Assembly (NCBI GenBank): GCA_016906335.1
Contig: JADEYG010000009.1
Span: 496,001-560,000, forward strand
Direction of reading: 5' to 3'
DNA: 64,000 nucleotides
Origin: Novakomyces olei
Taxonomy: Eukaryota
Shown here: positions 25,752 through 39,770 of the stretch, in pieces
Position numbering within the stretch: position 1 is the stretch's first letter
Layout of the letters: every line of letters starts with the position of its first letter
Notes under the pieces: model-generated
The model's database searches: none
What the model was told of the DNA's origin: nothing
Seen by the model: only the letters and a program-made list of their open reading frames with translations
Made by a program: the position numbers and the translations under genes

Positions 25752-27915
25752 ATGGCGGACTACATTGGGAGCCGTATCAGCCTTATCAGCAAGGCTGATA
25801 TAAGGTAAGAATTGGCTTTTTTTAGCAAAGCGCCCTTTTATTTTCTATTTGAATTGTTTATCTGCCCTTGTTCGTGGCACCTCTGCAGTGTATCACAGAG
25901 AACGAGCCACCCCGGTTCCCTTACTATACCGTCTCCAAGCGTGTGTCAGCCGAGCTGTTTGCTAATATAACAAAAAGGTACTCGGGCATTCTGCACGAGA
26001 TCAACTCTGAAGAATCGACTGTGGCACTTGAGCAAGGTGAGTCGGCTATGGAAGGAAAACAAAAGGCAAAGAGACTATGCATATGCAACTACCTCTTGTT
26101 TCTCAAAGGCCAAACAAAAATAAAAATAAATAATTAGCAATGGAACTATGGCATTCCAGCCTCTCGAAAAAATTATATATTTAAAAGATTTAAATTTACA
26201 GTCTCCATAAATTAAAGAGGTTACTAACGGTGGCAGTTCGCTCTTTTGGCACGGAAGGACGCAAAGGAGATCCTGCAAAGGAAATCCCACCTAGTGACAG
26301 TGTCTATGCTTATATTACTTTCCGAGGGTCTGATGTGAAGGATCTTCAAGTGGAGGAAGACGAGCCCAAGGCGGCGTCGCCGCCCCCACAAACGTTCCAA
26401 GATCCAGCAATCATGAATGTAAGAAGACCTCCACTTTACCTCTGCTCTGCTGTCTCTGGTCCTGGTTATGATGAAGTACTACGGATGTTAAACATTAATT
26501 TTGTCCGAGAGCGCGAATGTAATATTCTCATGTGGATATTTCCGTTGCCTTCCTTCTGAACCGTCGATGTCCCCCTTTTGTACACTCTATGTGTCCTTTA
26601 CCCTCCCTGTTGCTGCTCACATTTGGTCCATCTTTTTATTACAATTCTTGTCTTGCACCTTTGCTTTTTCTCTGCTCTTTCCCCATTCTCCTTTATCATT
26701 CGATTACGCATCTCTTCTCTCTCTGCTCGCTTTTGCTGTTTGATTCTCGTGACGCCGAGTCTAACTTTAATTTAGGCTCAACGGCAGACTGTGCAGCCAG
26801 ATTCTCGTCCTGAATTCACACAACCTCAGCCCTCGGCACCTCGACCACACGAATTTCCAGCGCCTTCTATCCCACCGTCAGGCTACCCTCCTAGGCCCGG
26901 TGTCTTTCAGTACCCTCCAATGTACGCTCACCAACCCCACTTTGACCAGTTCCAACCTCCTCCGCCTGGGCCTCAGCCCGCTGGTCATCCTGCCGGGCCT
27001 TTCCCCGGATACCCTCCACAAATGTTTTACGGAGGACCTGCTGCTGCTCCCGTACCTCCTCAGCAGAGGCCTGTACCTGTCCAGCAGGCCCAGCCGCCTT
27101 TACCCGTCCAGTCTCAGCAGCACTCTGCTCAGCCTGCGGCTCAAGCAGTCCCACCTTCAGCGCCCAAACAGAGCAATGGGCAGAGTGCTCCTGCAAAGCC
27201 AAACACTGGCACAGCCAAGGAAAAACCCCTGCCGACCGGGCCTGCCCAAGGGCCTAGATCGACTAGCGCTACTACTACTACTACTAATAATACTAATAAT
27301 GTACCATTGACTTATGCTCAGCATGCGAGTGGCAAGATCGTACCCGCCCTGCCGCGCAACAATTTTGCTCCACAACCAAGGCAGACCCGACCTCCCCGAG
27401 ACCCGTCAGTCGCTAATGTTACTCGCGACTTTGGCTCTGTCTCTGTGAATGAGCCTCAGCAGCCACAACCTCACCAGCAGCAGGTCTCTACGCTCCGCGG
27501 CCAAGGGAAACCAAAGCCTGGTCGACAGGAAGCTGCTGCTTCTGCCTCAGCGTTTGATTTTGAAGCTAATATTGCAAAGTTCAAGCAAAACATGACGGCA
27601 GAACCGGTCATTCCTCCGGCCTCAGCTGCAGATTCAGCGACTGCTTATAATGCGAAAAAGAGTTTCTTTGATGATATTTCATGTGAGTCAAAAGAGCGTA
27701 ATGAAAGTGATGCAGAAGGCCGTCGGACTCAGCGGGCACAGGAGCATAAACTCAACTTTGAGACTTTTGGCCAGTCCCACGTGGAGCACCGTTTCCGTGG
27801 AGGCGGTAGAGGACGTGGACGTGGAGGATACCGCGGTGGACCTCGCGGCCGTGGACGCGGCGGGTATAGCCGGGGCAATGCTAATGGCGAACCCGTCTCC
27901 CAGATTCCTGTCTAG
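25752..27915 (+). CDS. SCD6: Scd6/Sum2/LSM14 P-body translational repressor
   Basis: Spliced LSm domain [46 protein letters not shown] ([11 protein letters not shown]), FFD (KSFFDDISC) and TFG (NFETFG) boxes; RGG tail. Confidence 0.95.
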
Positions 27916-28450
27916 AACCCATGGAACAAGGAACGAGACTAGGTAAAACGAATAGTTTTAAAAATGTTTAAAGACATTATGAAATTGAGTTTTGTACCTT
28001 TTCATCACAAACGTGTTTGAGATGTATGGATTTTCGAAAAAAAGAAAAAAGAAAAGAAAAAGAAAAAGAAAAGAAAAAAAAAAAAAGGTAAATTTCGAGA
28101 TTCTGTATATCTGCAATAAATGCTGTATGGCAGTACCTTGTACCTGTAACCCTATGTGTAAATGTGTCTCGGGGACGAGTATGTGTATTGCAAAATCTAC
28201 GTTGAACATGAACATGTTTGTGCGTCCAAATGCCACCGTCGTACTATCGAATGGACTGCGTCTAATCCTTCTTTCTACATGTCTATTGGCAAAGTCGTAT
28301 GTATTCATAAATTATACAACCCACAGCTGTATACCCCTTCCAATACCCGTCCGGGACTCGTGCACAGCCCACTGAATTGAGTGCATTCAGCTGATTGGCG
28401 CCCACGACTTTTGCCAACTACAGCTCCATCGTACGTCAGACGGGACGGAT

Positions 28451-28960
28451 CTAGATACTCTTGAAGGCCGATGATTTTTGGTGGGCCAGAACCTCGTCAA
28501 GCTCCTCGCGCGGGTGCACGTCGCGTCCATTAGGAGCCCATATTCCTGGAGCCAGACGGTCATTGTAAGTCTGCTCTACGGCCTTGTACCCTCGGATTTC
28601 ATTGTCTCCGCGTCGAACTGCCTCCATATACATATCGGCCCAGTACTTGCAGGCCTGTAAGTGATTCACGCCCTCGTGGAGGTAGCATTTGTCCATTTCG
28701 TCCCGGATAATTCGAGAGCGCATAAGCCTGATCCATTGCTCTTGCACGGTGCTGCGCCGGGCACGGAGGAGCTGCTTTGGATCGTTTAGATCCGCTTCGT
28801 TGTACCACAGTGGATCAAAGGGCTCGTGGTAGTTACGCTGTGCTCGCGGCGGTGGCAAATTTGCTGGCCAGGCATCAATTGGCTTCCAGTCTTTTCCCAC
28901 TGAGAAGGATTTGTACTCGGACAAATCCGGAGCTGCTGTCGCGTCCGCTTCTGCTGCCAT
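28451..28960 (-). CDS. NADH:ubiquinone oxidoreductase (complex I) accessory subunit NDUFB10-like
   Basis: EQWIRLMRSRIIRDEMDKCYLHEGVNHLQACK matches the C-Y-x-x-EGVNH-x-x-x-C signature of NDUFB10/PDSW. Confidence 0.88.
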   Translation of the reverse strand: MAAEADATAAPDLSEYKSFSVGKDWKPIDAWPANLPPPRAQRNYHEPFDPLWYNEADLNDPKQLLRARRSTVQEQWIRLMRSRIIRDEMDKCYLHEGVNHLQACKYWADMYMEAVRRGDNEIRGYKAVEQTYNDRLAPGIWAPNGRDVHPREELDEVLAHQKSSAFKSI

Positions 28961-29560
28961 TCTGCGTCTGTGGTCTGGCGAGCGAGCGTCTTTTCCCGTC
29001 AGGTTGCAGCCTGGCGAACGTGAAAACCCTGTACTGTTTGTATATAGTGATACTGCTCATCCAATGTCTCCTATGATAATATATATATATTATATCTCGT
29101 ATATTGTATCTTGTATCTTTATATCTATATCTATATCAATATACTTCCTTCAATGTTAGTAACTTTGTAAAGAATAACTTTGTAACGAGTGGCAAAGTAC
29201 AAAGCCGTATGTGTGTAAACCGCACGAAATATTCGCGTCAACACGAAACAAGTAGCCTTTACAAAAAGGAGTGATAGAGCTCACATCGCAGCAGCATAAA
29301 CGAGACGATTATAGTCACGGGTACCCGTCTATTTACTACGCCATATAAAGATATATAATAGCGCTGCGACGTAGAGTATACAAGGCACCGGGAAACATAC
29401 TGCGAAACATCATGAAAACCCTGTATAGCTGGCGAATATCCTGTTTGTGGGGAAGGCATTTATCGGCATAATGTATTAGGGATGCAGGTGGGAGCAGTTT
29501 GACATTCTACAAGGCGGCCAAGACGGGATAAAGTGCGGAGGAGCATACTGCGAAACCATA

Positions 29561-30965
29561 ATGTCGTCAGAGGATTCTGTGGGTAAATTTAGAGGCTGAT
29601 TGTCGAGCCACTAAAAGATTATTAGATCGAGTTTTCGCTCAGGCGGTTAAGACAGTCCAGCGACTACCGCAGATGGGCGCGGCTAGCCGGCCTCCATTAG
29701 ACACCCGGCTCAAAGTATGCCATTTTGATTGTCTGATTTATATTAATTTTTGTTTTTATTTTTATTTTTATTCTAAATTTATTTTTAAATTTATTTTTTT
29801 TGTTATCGTGTGGATTTTCGTTTCTTTTCTAGCCCTGTTCCTTCAATCAATTTGGCTCATGTCTGAAGCTGTACGCTCTATTTAAACAGTCTACGGAAGG
29901 TGACGCGAGCGGACTACCTCGGTCGGCCGACGCAGGCGCTCAAGATCTGAGTCGGCAGAAATGGCAAGTGCAGTGCAATATTTGGCCGGTCAAGATGCTA
30001 ATAGCAGGGACGCATGGAACGCGTTGCGCGGCTTGTCTAAACACGCCGCTCGAGAAAAGTATATCGATCTATTGATAAAGGTATAAAGAAAGAACCAATA
30101 AAAGCTTGCATTTAAAAAAGAGAAGAAAAAAACGAGAATGAAGAAAAGGCAATTAGTGTCTGATCAGAGGCTTCTAACCAATCCGCTAGAGTGCGAAAAA
30201 TTATATCCCAGATTCGAACTTTGAGCAGCGAGGGCTTATTGAGGAGCTCGAATTTATGTGGCAGCAAATTGCTCCGGCGCTTAATTCGCCCGGTACCCCA
30301 CAGGCTCACCCTGAAACCCCCTTATTTTACGAAGCTCTCGACGTTCCGTACCGTGGCAGCCCGCTAGCAACAATGCCGGAACGATTAGGATCACCTGCTA
30401 CCCTTACAGGAGGCAACAGATTAGAAGGCGAAAGTACTGCAAACGATCTGGCGGCATCTGCCTCAACTACCACGCCCTTACCCGCTGCAGTAAGCTCCTT
30501 TTTAAGACCTTCAAGGTCTCAGCACTCACTTCATTCTCGTGTTGAACCTGAGAATACCTTTTCTAAAGTTGGGGCCATCTCCTTGGAACAAAGGCTGTGG
30601 CAGCAGGATATGGAACATGCCATCTTACGTCTGGCTACTGAAGTTACAGCCCTGCGCGAAGAGTTGTTTTACGACAAGTACCTGGGAAAGAAAAAGAAAC
30701 CTATAATTTTGCGCACTGCAAGGGTATGCCTCCCCTGATAGTCATAAATATATACAAAACTTTGCATTATATCCAAGATTACTAACCCAAGTTTGTCTTT
30801 GAACATGCACTCTTTCATTTCGGGGGAATACTTTGTTACACTATACTTCGGAGGCCAGAAACACAGGCGTTGTTGCGACGGTGGTGGCTGGTTTTGCTCG
30901 TTTTTTTCACAAAATGGGGTGCAATACTACGCAAGGCCTATTCGATGGGTCGGCAACTTTGGTAG
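29561..30965 (+). CDS. Acyl-CoA-binding-domain protein with coiled coil and C-terminal hydrophobic segment (Atg37/ACBD5-like)
   Basis: Spliced: SVDRVFAQAVKTVQRLP...RPPLDTRLKLYALFKQSTEGD...KWDAWNALRGLSK...YIDLL; later LATEVTALREEL and WWLVLLVFF. Requires a GC-AG intron at 29964-30007. Confidence 0.82.
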
Positions 30966-31225
30966 AAGCATTGTGCATGGGGGTAGTACGACTTTACGGC
31001 ATTGTACAAAAACAGGAAGCTGTAGCGCGTGGAATGGTACGGTTTTGAATCAGACTTGTAAGCCAGCTTCAAAGGCATTATTATGAAAAAGGTCGACTAT
31101 ACTACTCCTTGCGTGTAGAATCATTATTCCTTTATTTCTGTATTTTTGTTTTGTTATTGTTTTGGCCCCCATATACATAGTGATAACAGTACCATCCGGA
31201 CAAACGGCGTTTTTCCTTCAGAGGT

Positions 31226-32117
31226 CTACTCGTCCTTAATTTGCCGAAGTGCCTCTGCTACTCCATAATATCGATCGTTGAGTTCATGCACAGTTCCGTC
31301 TTGTGTAGTCAGCGAGAACTCGACGATTGTCCAATTGAATTCGTCTTCGTGGCGAATAGCATGAAACTTGCAAACAGCGCCCTGCCGAGCGCCTTTTACC
31401 GGGAAACTGATATTAATACGTCCTGTGAGCGGCGCTAGTTTCCCTGAAATCCAAGGCCAAGAATCACGAAACCTTGGTGCATCACCCAACACATCCAATG
31501 CCTTGTCCGAGTGTCTCAACGCGTATAAGACCGATTTCACCTCTTTGCAATTAGCTGCGTGAACAGCAAGACAGAATGATTGAAGCAGTTATAAAGGAAT
31601 TGCAAAATACACCCATTTCGCAAATAAATATCCAATAAATATCCAATAAATATCCAATAAATATCCAATAAATATCCAATAAATCTCGCAACAATCTAGA
31701 AACAACGAGCAGTTAAAGTATACTCGGTCGAATAGCAGAAATCTGAAATTCTACAAATTTATCGGCAGCGAGAATGCCAATGAATCGTTTAAATTAAATA
31801 AAAATCGTTAAATATTAAATGAAAAGGAGCAAGTGGGACAGCATACGAGGACTATTGACTTCGCTCTCGTTAATGAACCCATAGCCAATAACGATCCAAA
31901 TAGCAAACGACGCCACTGTGCCGAGAAACAGCTTTCCTCGCATGGATTTGACCACTGGCAGTGGCCGGTCAATTACAGCTGTACCGTGAGCTCCGACATA
32001 GCGCAAACGCCCTTCCGGAATAGACGCGTTGCCTTCGACTATAGACGCAGTTTGCTTCCACCGTACTGTACCGGAGCGCGTCAGCGCGCGGTACAGTGGC
32101 CGCACAGCCCGCGACAT
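31226..32117 (-). CDS. COA1: Cytochrome c oxidase assembly factor Coa1
   Basis: Arg-rich presequence, DRPLP, one TM segment, intron 31543-31846, then LYALRHSDKALDVLGD...WPWISGKLAPLTGRINISFPVKG. Confidence 0.85.
31623..31684. repeat. 11-bp tandem repeat (AATAAATATCC) x5.5 inside the COA1 intron
   Basis: Directly visible. Confidence 0.92.
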
Positions 32118-32629
32118 GTGGAGTTTGGGTTAGTGGACAAGTGCCCCTGTTGAATCTGGCTGCTCTTAATTAAAATTCGAATTTGTACCGCGCTTTTCTC
32201 GTGACTCTATATTTGCTCAATTATTCGTATATTATAATGTACGTATCCTACTTTATCTTACTTGCATCGCCACTATCATTCATACAATTTCTGTCGTATA
32301 GTAAATGAATAAATGAATAAATGAATAAATGAATAATTAATTAATTAATTAATTAATTAATGATAAATAGTAATCATTATTATCAATTGATTTATATGCT
32401 TTGAGCAATAGTCGGAGCCACATTTCATCGATCACCTATCGAATTCTTCCTAAATTAATCTACACAAACTCCAATTTTTATATACTGCTTACACATTTGC
32501 TTTCTATCATTCACATCAACTCAACGAATCAGTCCGTCGCGTACGTCTCCTCGATCAACCAAGTACAGCGACTCCGCACAATTCAACCACGGCATTATTT
32601 CTAATACCGCCACGCTAATTGAAATGCCA

Positions 32630-33999
32630 TTACTTGCTCTGGCAGCCACAGCACTCAAACAGCTGCTCATGAGCAAACAGGTCACAGTCCAAACAAAAAT
32701 GGTTATGACAAGATTGGCACTCGAATCGATTAGACGAGTTGGCTGTAATGGGGAAAGGCAGTTGGCAAGCAAAGCACTTGGCAGTAGGGTATTCTGTGCT
32801 CTGCTCAACTTGCTTCCACTCACGTAGAGGAAAAAGATGATGGTAAGACCGGGCCAAGTGTGTCGATAAGACCAGGGTCAAAGTGCACGTTGGGCAGTCT
32901 AGAGGCAAAGAGCACACTTTGGTAAAGCACCTGGGGCAAATGTACCCAGACCGTGTAGGCTCAGCGTGACAGGCACATAATGAAGCGTATTCCTGCACAC
33001 TCCGTGAGGGGAACCCCATCATTATTAGGGAAGAAAGGTGCTGCTCTTCATGCATTGCTGGAGGCGTAGTATTGGCCATGTATAAATCGCGGAAATGATG
33101 CTCGTTCAAAATTACTTGGTAAGAAGATTTGTCACCGTCATTAGTGGCCAAACATATCTCTCGGCACACTGCCACTTGTGCGGCTAAACCGATAATTCGT
33201 ACTTGAACCTTGTCGCGCTTCAATTGTGAAATTGTAGAAGAAATATCACCAGGGTCACATGAAACAAGTGCGCCGTACACCAAAAGTATTTCACGAGTCC
33301 CGTGAGACGGTACGTGACTGTACTCCGTTAGGGCTGGTAAAGTGATAAAACAAAATGAAAACAAAAGTACAAATAAACCATAGACAAACAAGAGCGATAG
33401 AATAACGATTCAAGAAACACTTACAAAAGAGCACCACGAGCCATTTCCAGTGCATTCTGTAGTGAGGGCTGACCTGCGCATTCACGGCCTGCCAGTGCAC
33501 GGACAGCTCGCAGATGGTCCTGTGGGTTTCCGCTCATTTCGCTTATACGAACAGCCAGACCATCTCTCATGCCCACGATAGCAATTTGCGAAATAGGGTT
33601 CTGCTCGAAAAACTCTGCTATAAAATCTAGTGTTGTGCTCAACGTCAAGTCGATACGCGAAGGCCGTAGATCTTTTTCTGCCATTGCCACACTCAAATCA
33701 AGGAGGACTACAAGGTGACGAATAATTCCACGTTGAACTGCCTGTGTGTCTCGCTGCCGTCTACGCCTCTTTCCGGCTTGAACGACACCAGCAACGACAT
33801 CGGCTAAAGTGCCAGACTCGTCCTCCTGAACTGCGTCCCAAGCACGATGGTATTCTGCCTCCCAAGTGTAACCTTCATTCTGGTCTGACTGGCGCCTTAC
33901 GCGGCTGTTTGCTCCACGATTTTGTCTTTTGGATCGCACATTTTCCTCGTCGGATCCAACATAGTCCGAGTCCGAGTCGTCCCTCACGCGTGACGGCAT
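32630..33999 (-). CDS. SSL1: TFIIH subunit Ssl1/p44
   Basis: QRGIIRHLVVLLDLS...FFEQNPISQ...PSLQNALEMA; intron 33318-33424; C4 zinc finger and C-terminal RING-like FCLDCDLFAHEQLFECCGC. Confidence 0.96.
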
Positions 34000-34821
34000 A
34001 CGATACTGAACCTGTGGCTCGGTCGAGTGCCGAAATCTGATGGTGAACGATACCTTTAGGCAAATATGTTTTGTAGCGCAACTTTAGCCCTCGAGCACAC
34101 TAAAGCATAACACGCAGTCCTGCCAAGCCGATCTGAACAACGCGAATTACAAAGTGCAAAGTACAGCAGCCGGCCGTGCACGTTCAACAGAATTACGAGT
34201 CATGATTCTAATAAATGATGTGTAGTCTAACTTTTGTGCAAGTATGTAATCTAACTTTTCACGAATGAGCAAGCGCAGTATATGAGCATTAGAGTGTTAA
34301 TGTTGGGTAGCAGACTAACTTTCTCCTACCTTGCGAGAGGTACAATATACATACATTACTTTACAATACATTATTCCTCCATACATTATTCTACCATATA
34401 TTATGACTAGTCATTAAAGTACACCAGCGCTAAACTTTTAATATTAGATTTCTAGTATTAATTGCAGTCAATATTCAAGACTGCCCCGCCGTCTAGAAAT
34501 CGCACGATGCACCATATTAAATGCACCATATTAAATGTAGCACGTAAATGTAGCACGTTAAAGATACAGCGACCTGTGTGATGGGCATTCGTACAATCTA
34601 CCTTTTATACGTACTAAATAACCATAAAATGCCCAATTATAAAATTCCGCTATTTACTGACAAATCACCATAACAATCAACACTAATATAATGCTCATCC
34701 TTCTCCATAATATTGTCGATTTCGTCACTGCGTTTATATCTATCATACATAAACAACGATCCGGAGGCATATAGAGCCGCCGCTAATTGTGTACGATTGA
34801 GCGATTGCGTGCGCCGTGGCT

Positions 34822-37800
34822 ATGGATACGGACACGCAGGCGGATCATGGTACGTTTTTTGCTATAGTGACGTTGTGCATTTCTCACCGGCGATAGCTAT
34901 ACAACTGAGCCCCGAAGAACGTCGCGCGTTTAGTCACCTGTTTCGCGAGGCGGATCGACAGGATGTGGGTGTCATTACGGGCGATGTTGCTGTAAAATTT
35001 TTTGAAAAAAGCGGGTTGCCACCACAAACGCTCGGCAAGGTAATTGATAATATACACGTTTTGGCGATCCGTCTAACACTGCAAACTGTAGATATGGCAG
35101 ATTGCCGACACTGAGAATCTCGGATTCTTGACGCAAAAATCATTCTCCGTAGCTCTGCGACTCATTGGCAAAGCACAGACAGGACAGGAGCCGTCTGAAG
35201 CACTTGCAGTCTCACGTAAGATCATCTCTTGACTTTGCTTATTGTCTTCCGCATCGTTCATTCGCTGTGCTATATCTCATTTATTACCTGAAATTATGCT
35301 ATTCAGATCTTACAGGCCACCACTAACTCTCTAATCTACAGCCGGACCAATCCCAAAATTTGATGGAGTCCGTGTGCCGTCTGCCAGCCGTGGACCACCT
35401 CCGCAGCCTCCGCCTGCAAGAATTCCTGCCCTAACCCCGACAGACCGTACCCGTTACCAGCAAATGTTTCAAAATATTGGACCGGTAGACGGTGTGATTG
35501 ATGGTCAGCGTGCTAAAGAAGTGTTGACCCGCGCAAAACTGCCGACAGAAGTGCTCGGTCAAGTTTGGTAAGTGTAAATGAGGGTTTGAGAATAGTTTAA
35601 TCATTGTAAATGCCGTGCGATCTACTTTTTGTTTACAAAGAATAATCGCAATTATTCGTTTTTTATTATTTGGCTATTCGCTTTTATTCAAATCGTTCTA
35701 GCTCTATTCTCCTATACTAATTGAAGGAACCTGTCCGACATTGAGCAGAAAGGTGCACTTGACGTTACCGGGTTCACTATTGCCATGCATCTTATATCGC
35801 AGTTAATGTCGGGCCAAATAAAGTCTTTGCCCCCCGTTTTACCTCCCGGACTGCTGGAGGCTGCCTCAGTACAGCCGCGCCACTCTGCTTCTTTCCCACC
35901 AAACGCCAGTGTAAGTCCAGTCTTTGGTCAGCCCTCGAGGCAGTTTACAGAATCGCCTGTTCAGGAATCTCAGCCTCCCGTGGCTTCCTCCCCTGTCACT
36001 TTCCAAGTTTGGGACGTGTCCCGGGAGGAGCAGGATTACTATAATAAGCAGTATGGTCTTTTGGATAGGTCTCACAAGGGCTATGTAACCGGGGAGGAAG
36101 CTGTTTCCCTTTTCCTGCAATCAAAGCTGCCAGAGGAGGTCCTGGCACAAATTTGGGATCTTGCTGATGTCCACAAGACAGGTCAGCTAGACTCAGAAGA
36201 GTTTGCAGTAGCAATGCACTTGATTAAGCAAAAGTTATTGGGCAATCCACTTCCTTCAAGCCTTCCACCGACGCTTGTTCCTCCATCGCAGAGGAAGAAG
36301 AAAAATGCCACGGAGCCTTTGCCACGCGAAGCCAGCACGGTTGCTCAATCACCTCCAGCTCCTTCTTCAGCAGCGGCAGATTTATTCGGTCTCAATGATG
36401 CATTCTCCTCTCCTCAACCGCAGCCTCGAGTTCAGTCGCCTCCCGCTACTGCTTTCAGTGCTGCTCCGGCCCCGGGAAGCGGAGGCCCTAGTCATGTTTC
36501 ATCTAGAGGGTCAAAAGCCCGAGCGTTTATTCCTACTTCTGCGTTTGGGCAATCACTACAGAAGCAGGATAGTATGGCAGTACCCCCTGCGTCGGAGCAG
36601 ACACTGCCGTCTCCTCAGCCTGAGCCACAGGCTCCCACTTCTTCACAGCCTGTACCCCCACCTGCTCAGCCTGTACCCCCACAGTTTCAATCGCCTCCGG
36701 CTTCAACCGCGTCTTCTGCAGCCGTCCTGCCTTTTGGCCGGGACCTTTTGAGCGAGCCAGAAGAGCCCCTGAGTAAACAGGTTTCTGAACAGGCTGTTAA
36801 CGTAGCAGATTTGGCAAACCAAGCTCAGTCGGTGGAGCGTTCACTGGAGGAAAATAAGAAGGCTCATACGGATGGTAATCGACAGCTCAAATCGCTATAC
36901 CAAGAATCAAAGGATCTGGAAGCCAAGCTTTCCAGTATCCGTGGCCTTTATGATGAAGAAGTTAAAGCTGTGCAGTCTATCAATGAAGAGCTAGCGACTG
37001 TTCGTCAGCAAACAAACAGCTACCGTCATGAGTACAACGTGCTGGAAGCCAGTTTGCATGCCCTCCAGTCTCAGCACGGAGAGACAGAAAATGCTGTTGT
37101 TGCTGACAAGAAGGAGAATGAGGCTCTGAAAGAACGTATTCGCGCCCTCAACGAGCAAAAAGCAGCTATAGAAGCAGAAGGAGAGCGAGTTAAAAAGGAG
37201 TCTCGCCAGCAACGTGGGCTTGTTGCAATCAACAAGAAGCAGTTGGCCACTCTTGATTCTAGTGTGGCCAAACTGCGCAGCGAAATTGAAGAGGCAACCA
37301 GGGAGATTGAGGCGGCAAAAGCGGATCTCGCCCAATCAAAGGCAAGCATTGAGCAAAATGAAGCTTTGCATCAGCAATTGCTGTCTCAGCAGGAACGGTT
37401 GATGCAACAGCACTCAGAGTTGCAAGCGCAGAGGGAGCAGGCTCAAAAACAGGGTCAAAAACAGCAGCAAGGCATTTCTGCTCTTGAACAATCAAACAGA
37501 TCGCTTTCTGGTCAGGTCAACCCTAACCCTAATCAGCCAAGTGATTTACCCACTTCGCCCAGCACGAATCCCTTCCATCGTATTGGCTCACCACTGGCTG
37601 CTGGGGCAGCAGTTGGTGCACTCGGAGGCGCTTTGGCCGCAGCAGTAAGGTCGCCTGATGATAATGCTTCGGCAAAGACCAGTCTTTTTGACGAAGCCTT
37701 TGGTATTCATGACGCTCGACCAGGAAGCGGTGTTGGTGCGAGTGTGAAGCCGAAAGCTGTTGCAATTGATGCGCCAGACACGAATGCTATGGGGGACAGT

Positions 37801-39770
37801 CGGGACCATGAAGCTGCAAGTACGACGAGCGTAGACGAGTCTCTGATTGTGGAGCCTCCGAGGTCAACTGCTCCCTCTATACCGCCTTCTTCAAGCGTGA
37901 CTGAAGTTGGTGATGATGCAGGTATGGAGAAAAGAGAGAAAAGCACAAAAATTTTAATTAAAAATTTATTTAAAAATTTATCTGGTCTTTTTATTTCATA
38001 TTTGAGACTAACTTTGCAGTGGACGCTAGTGAGCCAACACCGTCAGGTGAAAATCATGTACCGTCTGCGAATGAACAAGCTGGCACACTAGCAGAATCCG
38101 ATGCTCAGCACTTGGAGACGGGCCAGCCTGAACAACCTTATGCCGACGATCGAGGCCAGCCTGTCTCTGCGACTACAGAGACAGGGAACGAGGCAGTAGT
38201 GCAAGCACCCCAGCTGGAGCAACCAGTAGCTGCGCCTTTGTCGACATCAGGAATACAGGGCGACGCTGAAAAGGCAGCTCAAGTGCCTCTTGAGCAAGCA
38301 ACTGAATCGCCTCCAGTTCCCGGCAGTGCAGACGATGCTGGACCGATTAGTTCAGGCGCAGATGCAGAAGATTCGCCAGAGATTGATAGCCTTACTCCTC
38401 TCGACGTGGCAAGAACTCTGGGCTCAGCTCCAAGATCAAAGTCGCTAGTGTCGAGTGAAGCTCCTTTGGCTAATCAACACGAGGACTTTTATGGGGGCAG
38501 TAATGCTTCAGCCGCTCGTAACCCTGTTGACCCAGAGCATTCGGAATCAGAGCAGCAGGCAGCTAAAGAGCCTATTGAGCCTGCTCCGGTTCCACCAGCA
38601 GTAAGTGCCGCAGACTCTGGCAAGGTTGTACAGTCTTCTGGGTCAGTTGCGCCTTCCGTTTCTGCAGACTTGAACGGCAACAGGGATACTGCTACTCCGG
38701 CTGGAGCAGACCACGAGGCCAGTAGAGAATTTTCTGCAGCAATGGCCTTTGTATCCTCTATTTCTCCTCAGACAGAAGGCGGGCAGGGTCCCCATTACGC
38801 TCCCATTATTCAGAAAGATTACCAGGAAAGCTCTTCGTCTTCGAGTTCTTCTTATGGTGAAGGCGCAGAGCAAGACAAAGCACAGGAGAATGAAGCACAA
38901 AAGAATGAAGGACAGGAAGGCGAAGGAGGATCTCTGCGTGATACAGAGTCAATTGACCGGTTTGGTACTCCAGACTCGTTCACTTCAGCTCGACAGGGCG
39001 AAACAGCAAGCATGGAAAATAGCACGGCGCCCAAACTTGCGCCGATTGATACGGACGTCGGCAGCAATAATGTTAATAATAATATTAGTAACAATAATAA
39101 CACTACAGACACCAATCTTGCAGCAAATGCAGGAAATGTTTCCGGTGCAAAAGACGATTTTGATGATGCTTTCAGCAATTTAACAGAGGCCAAAGCAGTG
39201 GAAAACGGTGATGAAGGATCCGTGGACGAGTCGGCTGCAAACTTTGGCAATCCTACAACCACTGACGACTTTGATGAGTTCAATCCGGCCTTTGATTCAC
39301 CTGCTCCCCGACCCAAAACGAGTGACGATGATTGGTCCCAGTTTTCGCAGACTCTTTCGCAGGTAAAGTTACGCAGTGATGATCAGCCGACAGGGTCGGG
39401 GTCTGCTTCTGCTCAGCCGACAGTTCAGCAGCCGGCTTCCGGAGACGATTTTGATGCAGTTTTTGGTAGCTTTTTCAATAATCAGCAGCCCCAGCAAAAC
39501 AGTAGGCCAGGGACGAACGGGAATGCTTCAGTTGCCCGGCAGCCTTCTTCTTCAGGCACAACTCCCTCACTGCGTCAGGCGCCTGCCATCCCACCTCATC
39601 GTCGACGCACGTCTAATAATCAGACGACTTTGGCCAGTGAAGTTATCGACGATCCTCAGCTCAAGGAGCTTGTTGGTATGGGGTTTTCTCAAGAAGATGG
39701 GGCTCGTGCTTTACGCGTAAAGAATGGCAATCTTTCGGAAGCTACTAATTATTTATTGGACGGTAATTAG
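34822..39770 (+). CDS. EDE1: Ede1/Eps15-like endocytic scaffold (3 EH domains, coiled coil, C-terminal UBA)
   Basis: EH motifs KSGLPPQTLGKIWQIAD, AKLPTEVLGQVWNLSD, SKLPEEVLAQIWDLAD; long coiled coil; NPF; UBA ELVGMGFSQE...ATNYLL. Five introns. Confidence 0.93.
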
